Numbered from the stretch's first letter, positions 1-9,617 are shown. The stretch: 38,322 nt of DNA from a virus (IMGVR_UViG_3300010376_000077:1-38322); one strand, 5' to 3'. Notes: generated by a model not told the origin, from the letters alone. Numbers and translations: made by a program.

Positions 1-21
1 GCGCTGCAGGCGGCACTGCCC

Positions 22-423
22 GTGCCGATGCCCGACGGGTTTGACCGAGCTTCCCCGCGCCTGGGTGGTGCGCTCACCCGCGACGATTCGGTGTCTTGCG
101 GGACGAGCACCGAGGCGGCGCCAGTGGGGCGCGGGGAAGATGCCAGGACACCCGAGCGCATCATGCGGCCCAGCGGCAGCGCCGTGCCTGCGCGCCATAT
201 CGTGCCAAACGCACTACCGCCGCCCCCGCCGCCGCGGGATGAACCCGCCTCGACTCAGGTCATCCACCTGGTCCTGGCCGATGAGGGCGCCAGTCTCGAC
301 ACCATTGTGCAGCGGCTGCGCGAACGCCAGGTCGGCACGGCGCGCAGCCACATCGCCAGCCTGCGCATCCTGGTGCTGACGACACTGCGGCTGGCGCGCG
401 AAGCAGGCTGGCAATCGCCCTAA
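22..423 (+). CDS. hypothetical protein (true start may lie upstream of the window)
   Basis: 133-aa ORF whose stop overlaps the helicase start (TAATG). Confidence 0.6.
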   Translation: MPMPDGFDRASPRLGGALTRDDSVSCGTSTEAAPVGRGEDARTPERIMRPSGSAVPARHIVPNALPPPPPPRDEPASTQVIHLVLADEGASLDTIVQRLRERQVGTARSHIASLRILVLTTLRLAREAGWQSP

Positions 424-1988
424 TGCCGACCAGCCAGGCGGCGATCCGCAAGTACCTCCTAGAGCAGCCAACCGCGCCTGTCGCACAGCGGCTGTTCCGC
501 GGCGCAGGCAGCCGCGCGCTGCGCGACAGCATCCTGGCCAGCGGCGGTCACGAATTGCTGACCAAGACCGACCCCTACCAGCACCAACTGGAAGGGTTGG
601 CGTTTGCGCTGTGGGCCAAGCGCGGGCTGCTGTTCTACGAGATGCGTACGGGTAAGACAAAACTTAGCCTGGATTGGCTGAGTTATCTGATCTATTCGGG
701 ACAACTTACAAAAAAGGCCCTGATCATCGCGCATGCCCCCGTCGGCGTCGATGTCTGGGAGCACGAAGCAGCGCTACACTCATATCTCGACATTGCCGTC
801 GTGCGCAGCGGGTCCGCGGCCACCGACCAGTTGGTCGACGCCCTCGCCAGCCGCTGCGACGCGGTTCTGATCAGTTGGTCGACCTTGCAGACGATCTTTG
901 CCGTCAAGCAGGAAGGGCGGAAAAAAGTGCTCTACGCCGACCGCGCAACACTGCGCGCCGCCGCCGAGTTCTTTGACGCCGCCATCGTCGACGAGATCCA
1001 CATGGCAGGGCATTGGGACACCCTACGTTTTACAATGGCTTCAGAACTCCTCGCGCGATGCCGCTGGCGCCTGGGGTTGACTGGCACCCCCTTTGGCCGC
1101 GACCCGCTGCTGCTATGGGGCCAGGTCTATCTGATCGATGGCGGGGCAGCCTTGACCAGGGCATTCCCGTTCTTTCGCGAAGCGTTCTGCACAACCCGCT
1201 ACAACCAGTTTTCCAGGGGTCAGGATTACACCTTCGACCAGCAGAAAATGCCGTTGTTGCGCGAGAAATTGCAGGGTCTGACCCTGCACTGCGCGCTGGC
1301 CGACGTGCAGGACGTCAATGTGCTGAAGGGGATCGTCCGCCTGTCGATGTCGGCCGAGCAGGCGCGGGCCTATGACGAGGCTGTCGACCGTCTGGTTGAA
1401 TTGCGCACGGGGCAAGCCGTCGAGATCGATGCGACGTTTGTCAGGTTGAGACAGATCGCGTCGGGTTTTCTCCCCTTTGACGACACCGCAGGCGAACGCC
1501 GCGTCGTCGATTTCCCCGACGCCAGCAAACTCGCCTGGCTCGACGACTTTCTCGACAATCTGCCCGATCTTCAAGTGGTTGTGATGCATGACTTCATACA
1601 TTCGGGGGATAGAATCTGCAAACTATTGGAAAAGCATAAAATCAAGTATGACTGGTTGCGCGGCGGGACACCGAACCGTCCTCAGATCCTCGAACGCTTC
1701 CGCAATTGTGAGACACGAGTGCTCGTGACCAATGTCGCGACTGGAGGGATGAGTATAGATCTAGCAATCTGTGACTATTTACTTTTCTTCGAAGCGCCTC
1801 CTTCCGCAATTATCCGTAAACAGGCGGAAGCCCGCCCATTGGCTCGCGGCTCGCGACCACTTGTCATGGACGATCTCGTCTGTTCCCCAATCGAGCTTAA
1901 AATCCTAGATTTCCACGCCACGGGAGAAGATCTCCGCAGCGCGCTGTTGAGAGATCCCAAAAAATTCACTGAGGAATTACGAAGGTGA
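423..1988 (+). CDS. SNF2-family DEAD/DEAH-box helicase
   Basis: Walker A-like [26 protein letters not shown] and C-terminal helicase motifs (GGMSIDL, QAEAR). Confidence 0.9.
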   Translation: MPTSQAAIRKYLLEQPTAPVAQRLFRGAGSRALRDSILASGGHELLTKTDPYQHQLEGLAFALWAKRGLLFYEMRTGKTKLSLDWLSYLIYSGQLTKKALIIAHAPVGVDVWEHEAALHSYLDIAVVRSGSAATDQLVDALASRCDAVLISWSTLQTIFAVKQEGRKKVLYADRATLRAAAEFFDAAIVDEIHMAGHWDTLRFTMASELLARCRWRLGLTGTPFGRDPLLLWGQVYLIDGGAALTRAFPFFREAFCTTRYNQFSRGQDYTFDQQKMPLLREKLQGLTLHCALADVQDVNVLKGIVRLSMSAEQARAYDEAVDRLVELRTGQAVEIDATFVRLRQIASGFLPFDDTAGERRVVDFPDASKLAWLDDFLDNLPDLQVVVMHDFIHSGDRICKLLEKHKIKYDWLRGGTPNRPQILERFRNCETRVLVTNVATGGMSIDLAICDYLLFFEAPPSAIIRKQAEARPLARGSRPLVMDDLVCSPIELKILDFHATGEDLRSALLRDPKKFTEELRR

Positions 1989-2656
1989 AACGGATCGATA
2001 TAACTGGGCAAAGATTCGGTCGTTTGACCGCTTTGCGCCCAGCACAACAAAGCGGTTCGGCACGAACCCGTTGGATCTGCCAATGCAATTGCGAGCGTCG
2101 CACAATCAAAACGATAAGGCTCAGCGACTTGCGTACAGGCAGGACCAAAAGTTGCGGCTGCTGGAACCGAGAACGCGCTGCACAGCAATTGAAAGACCTT
2201 TACCCTGATGGTCAGTCAGGCACAAACAGTCCGTCTTTCAAACATGGAAAAGCACGAACCCGAGAGCACAATGCTTGGTACAATATGATCCAACGCTGCA
2301 CTAACCCCAACCACAAACATTATTCCTATTATGGTGGACGCGGAATCACCGTCTGCGAGCGTTGGCGAACTTCCTTCATGGATTTCCTTGCTGACATGGG
2401 TGAATGCCCCACCAAATACACTTTGGAGCGGATCGACAATAACGGAAACTACGAACCAAACAACTGCCGCTGGGTAACGACAAAGGAACAGGCCATCAAC
2501 AAGCGTCCACGAAAGCTAACCAAGGAGCAAGTCCTCGAAATCCGTCGTCGCTACACGGGGCGACGTGGCGAGCAGAGCGCTCTCGCCCGCGAGTTCGACG
2601 TACCACAAGGGCACATCTGGGGAATCGTCAATCGGATGACGTGGACGCACATCTAA
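1985..2656 (+). CDS. free-standing HNH homing endonuclease with C-terminal HTH
   Basis: [45 protein letters not shown]; lower GC than its neighbours. Confidence 0.9.
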   Translation: MKRIDITGQRFGRLTALRPAQQSGSARTRWICQCNCERRTIKTIRLSDLRTGRTKSCGCWNRERAAQQLKDLYPDGQSGTNSPSFKHGKARTREHNAWYNMIQRCTNPNHKHYSYYGGRGITVCERWRTSFMDFLADMGECPTKYTLERIDNNGNYEPNNCRWVTTKEQAINKRPRKLTKEQVLEIRRRYTGRRGEQSALAREFDVPQGHIWGIVNRMTWTHI

Positions 2657-2701
2657 CTATCCACGCTTTCCACCGACTTATCCACAAGTCATTAGTCAGC
2701 T

Positions 2702-2730
2702 CCTTGCACTTTTAGCTAACATCCCCACAT
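2702..2730 (+). promoter_or_regulatory. repeated phage promoter/operator, copy 1
   Basis: CCTTGCACTTTTAGCTAACATCCCCACAT, identical to 6114-6142; intergenic, upstream of a + strand gene run. Confidence 0.75.
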
Positions 2731-2738
2731 CTCGCTGC

Positions 2739-2981
2739 ATGACAGGCGAGATGGAAATCCTGATGGAACGCGGGCGCGCCTTGCACGCCCGCCACACGCG
2801 ACTGACCCTGCGGCACCGCACCGTCGGGCTCATGAGCAGCGACGGGCCGCGCCGACAGGCGCGAATCCGCGGTCTGCGGGCCAGGATCACACTGCGAATG
2901 GACAGGATCGCCCGCGACCATTGCGCCATCGAAGATGCGATCCAGCGGCTCGATCAAGCTACCAAGATGGCCCGAAGATGA
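2739..2981 (+). CDS. hypothetical protein
   Basis: 80-aa ORF directly after the promoter motif; ATGA overlap with the next gene. Confidence 0.6.
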   Translation: MTGEMEILMERGRALHARHTRLTLRHRTVGLMSSDGPRRQARIRGLRARITLRMDRIARDHCAIEDAIQRLDQATKMARR

Positions 2982-3207
2982 GCGAAGACGAATTACGCAT
3001 GGCGGTGCTGAAAATTGATCTGCTGCTGAAACGGCGGCAGGCAATTTGGGAAATCCCAAAAGCGCTCGCCGCGCTCGCTGCGGCGGCGGCGATATTTATG
3101 GGATTTGTTCTTGCAGGCATCAACCGCTCCATCCACCAGGCCCGCCACCCCAGCAAATCACCGCGACAATCCATCTCGATTAACCGCTTACCGTAAAGGT
3201 GCAATGA
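2978..3207 (+). pseudogene. degenerate small membrane protein, paralog of 7112-7339
   Basis: WEIPKA + TM helix in one frame; tail PQQITATIHLD*PLTVKVQ in another frame (paralog has PQTIIVHIDQPLVVK), implying a frameshift near 3121-3127 and a TAA at 3181. Confidence 0.6.
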
Positions 3208-3443
3208 TGCAAAGCAAGATCTACCGCGACGGCCCGTTCGAGTACGGCTACGTCCGCAGCCCCAAACAGCTCAACTGCACGATGCTGCCTACGTTCCGCC
3301 CGCATTGGTGGGCCCAGTACCTGCGCGACGGCACCTCTGAGATCTTTAACACCAAGGCCGAATGTCTCGCGTGGATCGCCGAATGGCGCGAGATCTGGCG
3401 CGACAACGCACGGTTTATCAAGGAGCAAAGAGAAAGCAAATGA
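3204..3443 (+). CDS. hypothetical protein
   Basis: MMQSKIYRDG..., AAGG RBS, ATGA coupling on both sides. Confidence 0.65.
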   Translation: MMQSKIYRDGPFEYGYVRSPKQLNCTMLPTFRPHWWAQYLRDGTSEIFNTKAECLAWIAEWREIWRDNARFIKEQRESK

Positions 3444-3685
3444 TCACTCTCAACACCACGGGCCCCGCTCCGCGGAGCAAGCGCTACCACTACGTCGTCA
3501 GGGACCGCCGCGACGGCAAGATTTTTACCCGCGACACAATCTTCGCGATGTCGCGCAGCGATGCCCGCCAGACCATCCTCGCTATCGCCCGTCGCGATAC
3601 GCCAGGCGGCCCGCGGGCCCGCGATTACGGCCATGTACCAGCAAAGGACTACGACATCGAATTCACCCACGAGGAGGTCGAGTGA
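3440..3685 (+). CDS. hypothetical protein
   Basis: MITLNTTG..., translationally coupled on both sides. Confidence 0.65.
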   Translation: MITLNTTGPAPRSKRYHYVVRDRRDGKIFTRDTIFAMSRSDARQTILAIARRDTPGGPRARDYGHVPAKDYDIEFTHEEVE

Positions 3686-3882
3686 CTCGTCGTTACGCCC
3701 GCGGCAGCAAGCCAAAATGGCACATCGCCGTGCTCAGCCCCGACGGGCAGCGGCTGGTGTTTTCAGCCCAGTGCGAGGATCTCAAAGAGATCCAAGCGCT
3801 CGCCACCGAGGCGCGCAGCCAGGGCAGCTATCAAATCCATATCCGCCAACCTGGTTCCCAAGAATCGTATTCGTGGGACTGA
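3682..3882 (+). CDS. hypothetical protein
   Basis: GAGGAGG RBS, GTG start overlapping the upstream stop. Confidence 0.65.
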   Translation: MTRRYARGSKPKWHIAVLSPDGQRLVFSAQCEDLKEIQALATEARSQGSYQIHIRQPGSQESYSWD

Positions 3883-3903
3883 TCCACAAAGGAGGAACCC
3901 CTA

Positions 3904-4110
3904 ATGGCACTTCAACTTGGCGCCCTGCGAGACGCGCTGCTAGATGCTGGCGCTTCGCCAGACAAGGCGGACAAAGCCGCCGAAGAACTCGCCAATTATG
4001 AAAATCGGCTAGGCAGCATAGAGAGCCGCTTATCCGTGCTGACGTGGATGGTTGGCTTCAACCTAGTAATGACGGCAGGCGTCTTGTGGCGATTGCTCGC
4101 TCACACGTAA
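3904..4110 (+). CDS. small coiled-coil protein with C-terminal TM helix
   Basis: AAGGAGG RBS; heptad segment ENRLGSIESRL followed by a hydrophobic tail. Confidence 0.75.
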   Translation: MALQLGALRDALLDAGASPDKADKAAEELANYENRLGSIESRLSVLTWMVGFNLVMTAGVLWRLLAHT

Positions 4111-4131
4111 TCCCTAAATAGGAGAACTTTA

Positions 4132-4320
4132 ATGGAACAGTCACGACTGATCGCGCACGCCATGGCGCTTGTGCAGGACTACCCCGACGGGCTCGACGGC
4201 TGTGAGACAGGCAACAGCGTCATCGGCTCTGTCATGTCGATCACCCTGAACGTACCTCGGCAGTACACCGAAGCAGCCTGCCGTGAGGCCAAATTTCTGC
4301 TTGGCGAGAACCAGGAGTAA
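4132..4320 (+). CDS. hypothetical protein
   Basis: AGGAG RBS, 62 aa. Confidence 0.6.
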   Translation: MEQSRLIAHAMALVQDYPDGLDGCETGNSVIGSVMSITLNVPRQYTEAACREAKFLLGENQE

Positions 4321-4325
4321 TAACA

Positions 4326-4880
4326 ATGGCAGCAAACCCTCAGTTAAAGATCAGTGTTTCGGGCCACGTCGCTGCGGCACCAGGAACCAAGATCGTCGTC
4401 ATCGACTGTGACTACTTCAACGCCACCGCCGACGACCCGCAAAGCATCGTGCAGCGCTTCGAGCATTGCGTCGTCGCCTGGGAAATCCGCCGTAACAATT
4501 TCGACCACACCTGGGTCAACCCGCTTTGTTCCGAAATCGTCGAGATCGACCACGAGTTTTACGCCCTCGTCCATCCCGATGGGCAGATCGAGTTCACCGT
4601 GCCATTTGGCCATTTCCAGGGTCGGACGCTCGACGAGTTCGAGGCCTTTGTCGACGACCACATGCGCGATGAAATCCGCGGTAGTCACTGCCTGGATTGC
4701 GGCAAAGACCTGCGCAGCGCAGAAATCTGGGGTTTGAACGCCGATTCACCGCTGCTGCAGGACGAGGTCTGGCAGAGCGTCATGCCCGACGACAGAGGCA
4801 TGCTGTGTCGCGCCGATATGGAAAAGCGGCTCGGGCGCCCGCTCACCGCGCTCGACGTCAAGAAGCGCCCACGGTCATGA
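4326..4880 (+). CDS. hypothetical protein with C-terminal CxxC...C segment
   Basis: AGGAG RBS; CLDC...VW...MLCRADMEKRLGRPL. Confidence 0.7.
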   Translation: MAANPQLKISVSGHVAAAPGTKIVVIDCDYFNATADDPQSIVQRFEHCVVAWEIRRNNFDHTWVNPLCSEIVEIDHEFYALVHPDGQIEFTVPFGHFQGRTLDEFEAFVDDHMRDEIRGSHCLDCGKDLRSAEIWGLNADSPLLQDEVWQSVMPDDRGMLCRADMEKRLGRPLTALDVKKRPRS

Positions 4881-5086
4881 AGCCCCTACTTTTCACGCTA
4901 CTGCTAGCCCTGGCGCTGCCCAGCGCGGCCGTCAGAGCCCACGCCCAAATGCCCAGTCAAGAGCCGCCTTACTCGTGTCGGCTCTATTATGACCAGGAAC
5001 GCCGCTGCGCGTTCGACCCGAAATGCGACCGACGGGTCAACGAGCGCCTGCGACGCGAGTGTCTGCGCGACGGCGGGCGGCCATAA
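4877..5086 (+). CDS. small secreted Cys-rich protein
   Basis: Signal peptide MKPLLFTLLLALALPSAAVRAHA followed by 4 Cys; ATGA coupling. Confidence 0.7.
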   Translation: MKPLLFTLLLALALPSAAVRAHAQMPSQEPPYSCRLYYDQERRCAFDPKCDRRVNERLRRECLRDGGRP

Positions 5087-5090
5087 CAAC

Positions 5091-5375
5091 ATGAGCGTGC
5101 GCTACGACAAGCGCGGCTCGGTGCCGCTGCTGCCTGATCGTGCGCCCCGACCAACTGCTCGGCAGATGGACGAGGCGTTGCAGCGCGGCGGCGAGCTTCA
5201 GGCGCTGGCGCAAGCGCTCGGAACGACAGCAGGCGAACTACGCCAGCATATCAAGCGCCGCATGGCGACGGGGCGCTGGCGATGGGTCTCGACCGCCTTC
5301 AGGATCGGCGGCCCGCGGGGGGTGATCTCAACCGCTGGGAGGCTCAGAGAGGTAAAAGAGAGGAAAGCAAAATGA
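5091..5375 (+). CDS. hypothetical protein (possibly HTH-like)
   Basis: MSVRYDK..., LQALAQALGTTAGELRQHI. Confidence 0.55.
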   Translation: MSVRYDKRGSVPLLPDRAPRPTARQMDEALQRGGELQALAQALGTTAGELRQHIKRRMATGRWRWVSTAFRIGGPRGVISTAGRLREVKERKAK

Positions 5376-5743
5376 TGCCAACGGTACCGCGCGATTCGTT
5401 TCTGGTCATCCGCACCGACGGTCATGAAGAGGTCGTGCCGTTCCCAGCCAAAAAGGGTATGACCCGCCTCGACGCGATGAAACAGGCGCTTGGGTTTGAC
5501 ACGTTTGATTTTATCGCCCTCAACCGCCGTGGCCGTGGACCTGTCGACCTGGTCATGGTGGTCGACGACCAAGGTTATGAGACCCGCACCGAGGACCATG
5601 GCGGCGACCACTTCGAGCTGGTGCCCGTGCAGGCCCGAAAACCCGTCAACCCCAGGGCGACCGAGCTTTATCACGCGGTCTGCCTCCCAGGCACGACGCA
5701 CCAGATCGTCGGCGACGTCGCGATCCTGCACGACGCCGACTAA
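5372..5743 (+). CDS. DUF3846-like phage protein
   Basis: MVVDDQG...PVNPRATELY...IVGDVAI motif pattern. Confidence 0.6.
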   Translation: MMPTVPRDSFLVIRTDGHEEVVPFPAKKGMTRLDAMKQALGFDTFDFIALNRRGRGPVDLVMVVDDQGYETRTEDHGGDHFELVPVQARKPVNPRATELYHAVCLPGTTHQIVGDVAILHDAD

Positions 5744-5758
5744 CGGGAAATCGAACCG

Positions 5759-5929
5759 ATGATAAACATACCCTTTACTATCGATGAAGTTGAGTTGCTC
5801 AAAAGTGCAGTTGCCAGGCTGGCAAAGCATCGAGAGCAGCTTGGCCTAAATAGTGACCAGGCAGATGAGCTTTACATCAAACTGTGTGAATGGACAGACC
5901 CGCCGTCCCCGACGACGTCTAATTCATAG
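5759..5929 (+). CDS. hypothetical 56-aa protein (below the ORF-track cutoff)
   Basis: MINIPFTIDEVELLKSAVARL...; fills the gap on the coding strand. Confidence 0.5.
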   Translation: MINIPFTIDEVELLKSAVARLAKHREQLGLNSDQADELYIKLCEWTDPPSPTTSNS

Positions 5930-6113
5930 CGCGGGTGACGCTTGGACGGGCCCGGTACGGTTCAACACCCGACATTCACCTGGGACCAGTCGGCTAAAGT
6001 GTCCCGCGGTCTGGTGCTAGGGTCCCAGGCGCCAGGTCCCGAACAACCCCCGACAGCCAGTGGAGGGACCCAGCACCGGGGACCTCACCCCCTCGCGACT
6101 GGCACCTAAAGGC

Positions 6114-6142
6114 CCTTGCACTTTTAGCTAACATCCCCACAT
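6114..6142 (+). promoter_or_regulatory. repeated phage promoter/operator, copy 2
   Basis: 29-nt exact match to 2702-2730. Confidence 0.75.
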
Positions 6143-6172
6143 AACGGGTACCCGATAAAAAGGTATCCCCCG

Positions 6173-6607
6173 ATGTTTCACACCCCCGAAGAAGCCAAGA
6201 CCTACACGTTGGCTGGCAAGGCCAAGATCACCCTCACCAGCAAGAAGACCCAGAAATGGTACACGTTTCGGGTCGAGCGGGCCGAGGACCGCGCGACTGG
6301 CAAGCCGCAGGACCGCTGGTTCGTCCAACTGCTGGCTGGGCCCGACAACGTCAGCGACTTTGTCTATCTCGGGATGATCTTCCCCGATAGCGGGTTCCGC
6401 ACGACGAAGGGCTCGAAGCTGCCGCCCGACTCGGTCCCCGTGCGGGCGTTCAACTACTTCTGGCGCAACTTGCTCGACGGCCGCATCCCCGATGATTTGG
6501 AGATCCGCCACGAAGGCGTCTGCGGGCGCTGTGGGCGGCCGCTGACGGTGCCCGAAAGCATCGACCGCGGGATCGGCCCTGACTGCTGGGAAATGATGGG
6601 GCTCTGA
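6173..6607 (+). CDS. DUF6011-like zinc-ribbon domain protein
   Basis: C-terminal CGRCGRPLTVPESIDRGIGPDC. Confidence 0.75.
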   Translation: MFHTPEEAKTYTLAGKAKITLTSKKTQKWYTFRVERAEDRATGKPQDRWFVQLLAGPDNVSDFVYLGMIFPDSGFRTTKGSKLPPDSVPVRAFNYFWRNLLDGRIPDDLEIRHEGVCGRCGRPLTVPESIDRGIGPDCWEMMGL

Positions 6608-6819
6608 TGCCGACGCAACCAACTCCAGAACAACAGCAGCGTGCCAAGTGGGACCTGCTGTTGCTCGATATCGAACAGCGCACCGAACAGGTGCGCCAAC
6701 TCAAACGGTTTGAGGGCTGGCGGCTCATCTTCACTGGTCTTGGCACTGGTGCCGCCCTGCTCGGCGCGGGCGGTATCGTCGGTGGGCTGATCGCCCGCAT
6801 TCTGTCAGGACACGGCTAA
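6607..6819 (+). CDS. small membrane protein (paralog family)
   Basis: RAKW.LL..I.Q N-terminus shared with 7112-7339; C-terminal TM helix. Confidence 0.7.
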   Translation: MPTQPTPEQQQRAKWDLLLLDIEQRTEQVRQLKRFEGWRLIFTGLGTGAALLGAGGIVGGLIARILSGHG

Positions 6820-7115
6820 TGGAAGAACTGATCCAGCTCGACAGGATCGAGGCCCACATCGCGTGGGTCGAGGCGCATATAGTCACCAAGACCGATCTCG
6901 CTGAGACCATCGGCGTCGAGGTCGCGGCGACCAACCGCCTAGTGCGGCAGACCGCTGGGGGCCTCGATAATCTGCGCTCCGAGATGCGGGTGCTGACCGC
7001 CACGGTACGGCAACTCGTCGCCACCGTCGGCGGGCTCGCCGATATCATCCAGGCGCTTGCCGACAATCAAACCAAGCTGGACGACCGCCTGCGGCGGCTC
7101 GAAGGAGAAACATGA
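6819..7115 (+). CDS. coiled-coil protein
   Basis: Heptad pattern ending LDDRLRRLE; coupled on both sides. Confidence 0.7.
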   Translation: MEELIQLDRIEAHIAWVEAHIVTKTDLAETIGVEVAATNRLVRQTAGGLDNLRSEMRVLTATVRQLVATVGGLADIIQALADNQTKLDDRLRRLEGET

Positions 7116-7339
7116 ACATCCCGTCCCCCGACGACCGCGAGCGCGCTAAGTGGGCGCTCCTTCAGGCGCAGATCGATCAGGCGCGGCGGCAAGCCCGTTG
7201 GGAGACCCCCAAAGCCGTCGCAATGATCGCGCTGGCGCTGGCGGCAATCGCCGCCGCTGGGCACCTGACCGACCTCGTTTTTCCTGCCAAACCGCAAACT
7301 ATCATCGTTCACATCGATCAACCACTGGTAGTGAAATGA
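7112..7339 (+). CDS. small membrane protein (paralog family)
   Basis: AAGGAG RBS; WETPKA followed by a TM helix. Confidence 0.75.
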   Translation: MNIPSPDDRERAKWALLQAQIDQARRQARWETPKAVAMIALALAAIAAAGHLTDLVFPAKPQTIIVHIDQPLVVK

Positions 7340-7893
7340 GCAAGCGCACCGATCTAACGGGTCAGCGTTACGGTCGCCTTACTGTGGTGACGCGTATGCT
7401 GGCCCGCCCTGGCAGCTACAGCTATCGGTGGCTGTGCATCTGCGATTGCCCTGACAGGACCAAAGTTGTCGTAGAGCAGTATAATCTGCGCAGCGGCAAT
7501 ACCCAAAGTTGCGGATGTCTACAGCGAGAGATGTCTAGCCAACGCGCGACCCGCCGCAACTCTCTTCTGGTCGGACCAAACAACCCAAACTATATCGACG
7601 GTCGCTCGGTCGACAACCGACCCGAATATTCTGCATGGCTAAATGCGAAAAGTCGGTGTTTCGACGAAACGAACGCATTTTACAAAGATTACGGCGGAAG
7701 AGGCATCACAGTCTGCGATCGATGGCTAGATTTCCAGACCTTTCTTGAGGATCTCGGTTCAAAACCTGACCCATCGCTGAGCTTGGAGCGAATCAATAAC
7801 GACGGCAACTACGAACCTGGCAACTGCAAGTGGGCAACCGCCAAGGAGCAAGCTGGGAACCGCAGACCTGCCTTTCGAGGAGTTCCCCGATGA
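7336..7893 (+). CDS. free-standing HNH homing endonuclease
   Basis: Starts MSKRTDLTGQRYGRL; [35 protein letters not shown]; same family as 1985-2656. Confidence 0.9.
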   Translation: MSKRTDLTGQRYGRLTVVTRMLARPGSYSYRWLCICDCPDRTKVVVEQYNLRSGNTQSCGCLQREMSSQRATRRNSLLVGPNNPNYIDGRSVDNRPEYSAWLNAKSRCFDETNAFYKDYGGRGITVCDRWLDFQTFLEDLGSKPDPSLSLERINNDGNYEPGNCKWATAKEQAGNRRPAFRGVPR

Positions 7894-9617
7894 CCCCAAT
7901 TAGAGTTACAAAGGAAGGTGTCCGCTGGATCGCTAGGTTCAGTTTTGATTGGCAAACTAAGGACCATGTAAAAGCCGCTGGCTTTCAGTTCGACCCGACG
8001 ACAAAATACTGGTTCACTACCGACGCGACGGTCGCCGCCCAGCTCGACCCCAGGGCAGCCGCACAGGCCAACCAGGCGATTGCGGCCTCGCGCGCGACCA
8101 ATGTCGCGGTCGACATCCCCGTTCCCGCAGGGCTCGAATACCTGCCCTACCAGAAGGCGGGCATCGCCTATGCGCTCGGTCGCCCAAACACGCTGGTCGG
8201 TGACGAAATGGGGCTCGGGAAAACGATTCAGGCAATCGGCGTGATCAACGCCGACCCGTCGATCAAGTCGGTCTTGGTCGTATGCCCCGCGAGCATCAAG
8301 ATCAACTGGGCCCGAGAATTGACAAAGTGGCTCATGCGCCCGCTGTCGATCGGCATCGTGAACGGCGAGTTTCCGAGAACCGATGTCGTAATCGTCAATT
8401 ACGATGTACTCGCGAAATTCCGCCCTCAAATCGACGCTCGGCAGTGGGATATGCTGTGCGCCGACGAAGTTCACTTTGCGAAAAATCCAAAAGCGCAAAG
8501 GACCCAGGCGTTACTCGGCAACCGCAAGGCAGGCAAACCAGGGATCAAAGCGCGGCGCCGCCTCTTTCTCTCGGGGACGCCGATCGTCAACCGCCCCATC
8601 GAATTGTTTCCGCTCGTCGAAGCGCTCGACCCCGACGGCCTCGGTCGGTCGTTCTTCCAGTTTGCCAAGCGTTACACGATGGCTACGCATAACGGCTTTG
8701 GCTGGGATTTCTCGGGGGCAGCAAACCTCGAAGAACTGCAGCAGCGCCTGCGCGCCAAGTTCATGGTTCGGCGGCTCAAATCTGAGGTCTTAAAGGAACT
8801 GCCGCCAAAGCGCCGCCAGGTCGTCGTCGTCCCCGTGCCTGCCGCTGCTGCCGCGGCCGTCGCCAACGAGCGCGCAGTGTTTGAGGAGCACCGCAAGACG
8901 ATCGAAAGAGCCAACACCGCCGCCGACGCTGCTAAGGCGCGCGGTGACAAGGACGGCTACCAGGCCGCGATCAAGGCGCTCCACAGCGCCAATAAGATCG
9001 CCTTCGAGAAGATGAGCCTCGTACGCCACGCCACCGCTATCGCCAAGATCCCTGCGCTTATCGAGCACATCACCGAGATCCTCGAAGCCGAACCAAAGGT
9101 CGTCGTGTTTTGCCATCACCTCGATGTCGTCGCCGCCCTGCGCGAGGCGTTCCCCGATGCCGCGCTGGTGACGGGTGCCGAACCCTCGATGGCCAAGCGC
9201 CAGGCCGAGGTCGATAGATTTCAGCATGATCCCGAATGCCGCGTCTTTGTCGGCACCTATCCAGGCGCGGCAGGGGTCGGCTGGACCCTGACGGCGGCGC
9301 AGACCGTGGTATTTGGCGAACTCGACTTTGTCCCTGGCAACGTCAGTCAGGCCGAAGACCGCCTGCACCGTATCGGCCAGCTCGGCTCGGTGCTGGTGCA
9401 GCACCTGGTGTTCGACTCGTCGGTCGACACATACATGGCGCAGATGATCATCGACAAGCAAGAGGTCATCACCGCCACCTTGGATCAGCGCGCACTACCC
9501 GTGACCAGCGCGGCCCCGCAGGAGCCGCCCGAGGACCTGTTTGCCCCGCGGCCCGAACCCGCCGCCGCCAACGGCGGCGACAGCCGCATCCCCTTCGATT
9601 CTGAGGTGCCCTTCTGA
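7890..9617 (+). CDS. SNF2-family (HARP/SMARCAL1-like) helicase
   Basis: GAGGAG RBS; GDEMGLGKT, DEVH, LSGTP, QAEDRLHRIGQ; HARP-like N-terminus FQFDPTTKYW. Confidence 0.92.
   Translation: MTPIRVTKEGVRWIARFSFDWQTKDHVKAAGFQFDPTTKYWFTTDATVAAQLDPRAAAQANQAIAASRATNVAVDIPVPAGLEYLPYQKAGIAYALGRPNTLVGDEMGLGKTIQAIGVINADPSIKSVLVVCPASIKINWARELTKWLMRPLSIGIVNGEFPRTDVVIVNYDVLAKFRPQIDARQWDMLCADEVHFAKNPKAQRTQALLGNRKAGKPGIKARRRLFLSGTPIVNRPIELFPLVEALDPDGLGRSFFQFAKRYTMATHNGFGWDFSGAANLEELQQRLRAKFMVRRLKSEVLKELPPKRRQVVVVPVPAAAAAAVANERAVFEEHRKTIERANTAADAAKARGDKDGYQAAIKALHSANKIAFEKMSLVRHATAIAKIPALIEHITEILEAEPKVVVFCHHLDVVAALREAFPDAALVTGAEPSMAKRQAEVDRFQHDPECRVFVGTYPGAAGVGWTLTAAQTVVFGELDFVPGNVSQAEDRLHRIGQLGSVLVQHLVFDSSVDTYMAQMIIDKQEVITATLDQRALPVTSAAPQEPPEDLFAPRPEPAAANGGDSRIPFDSEVPF

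Noticed and set aside
2711-2720. CIRCE element (TTAGC start)
   Set aside because: Lacks TTAGCACTC-N9-GAGTGCTAA; only five bases are shared
2702-6142. Identical 29-nt repeats as a CRISPR array or att sites
   Set aside because: Copies are kilobases apart, sit upstream of gene starts and have promoter geometry; no cas or integrase gene in the window
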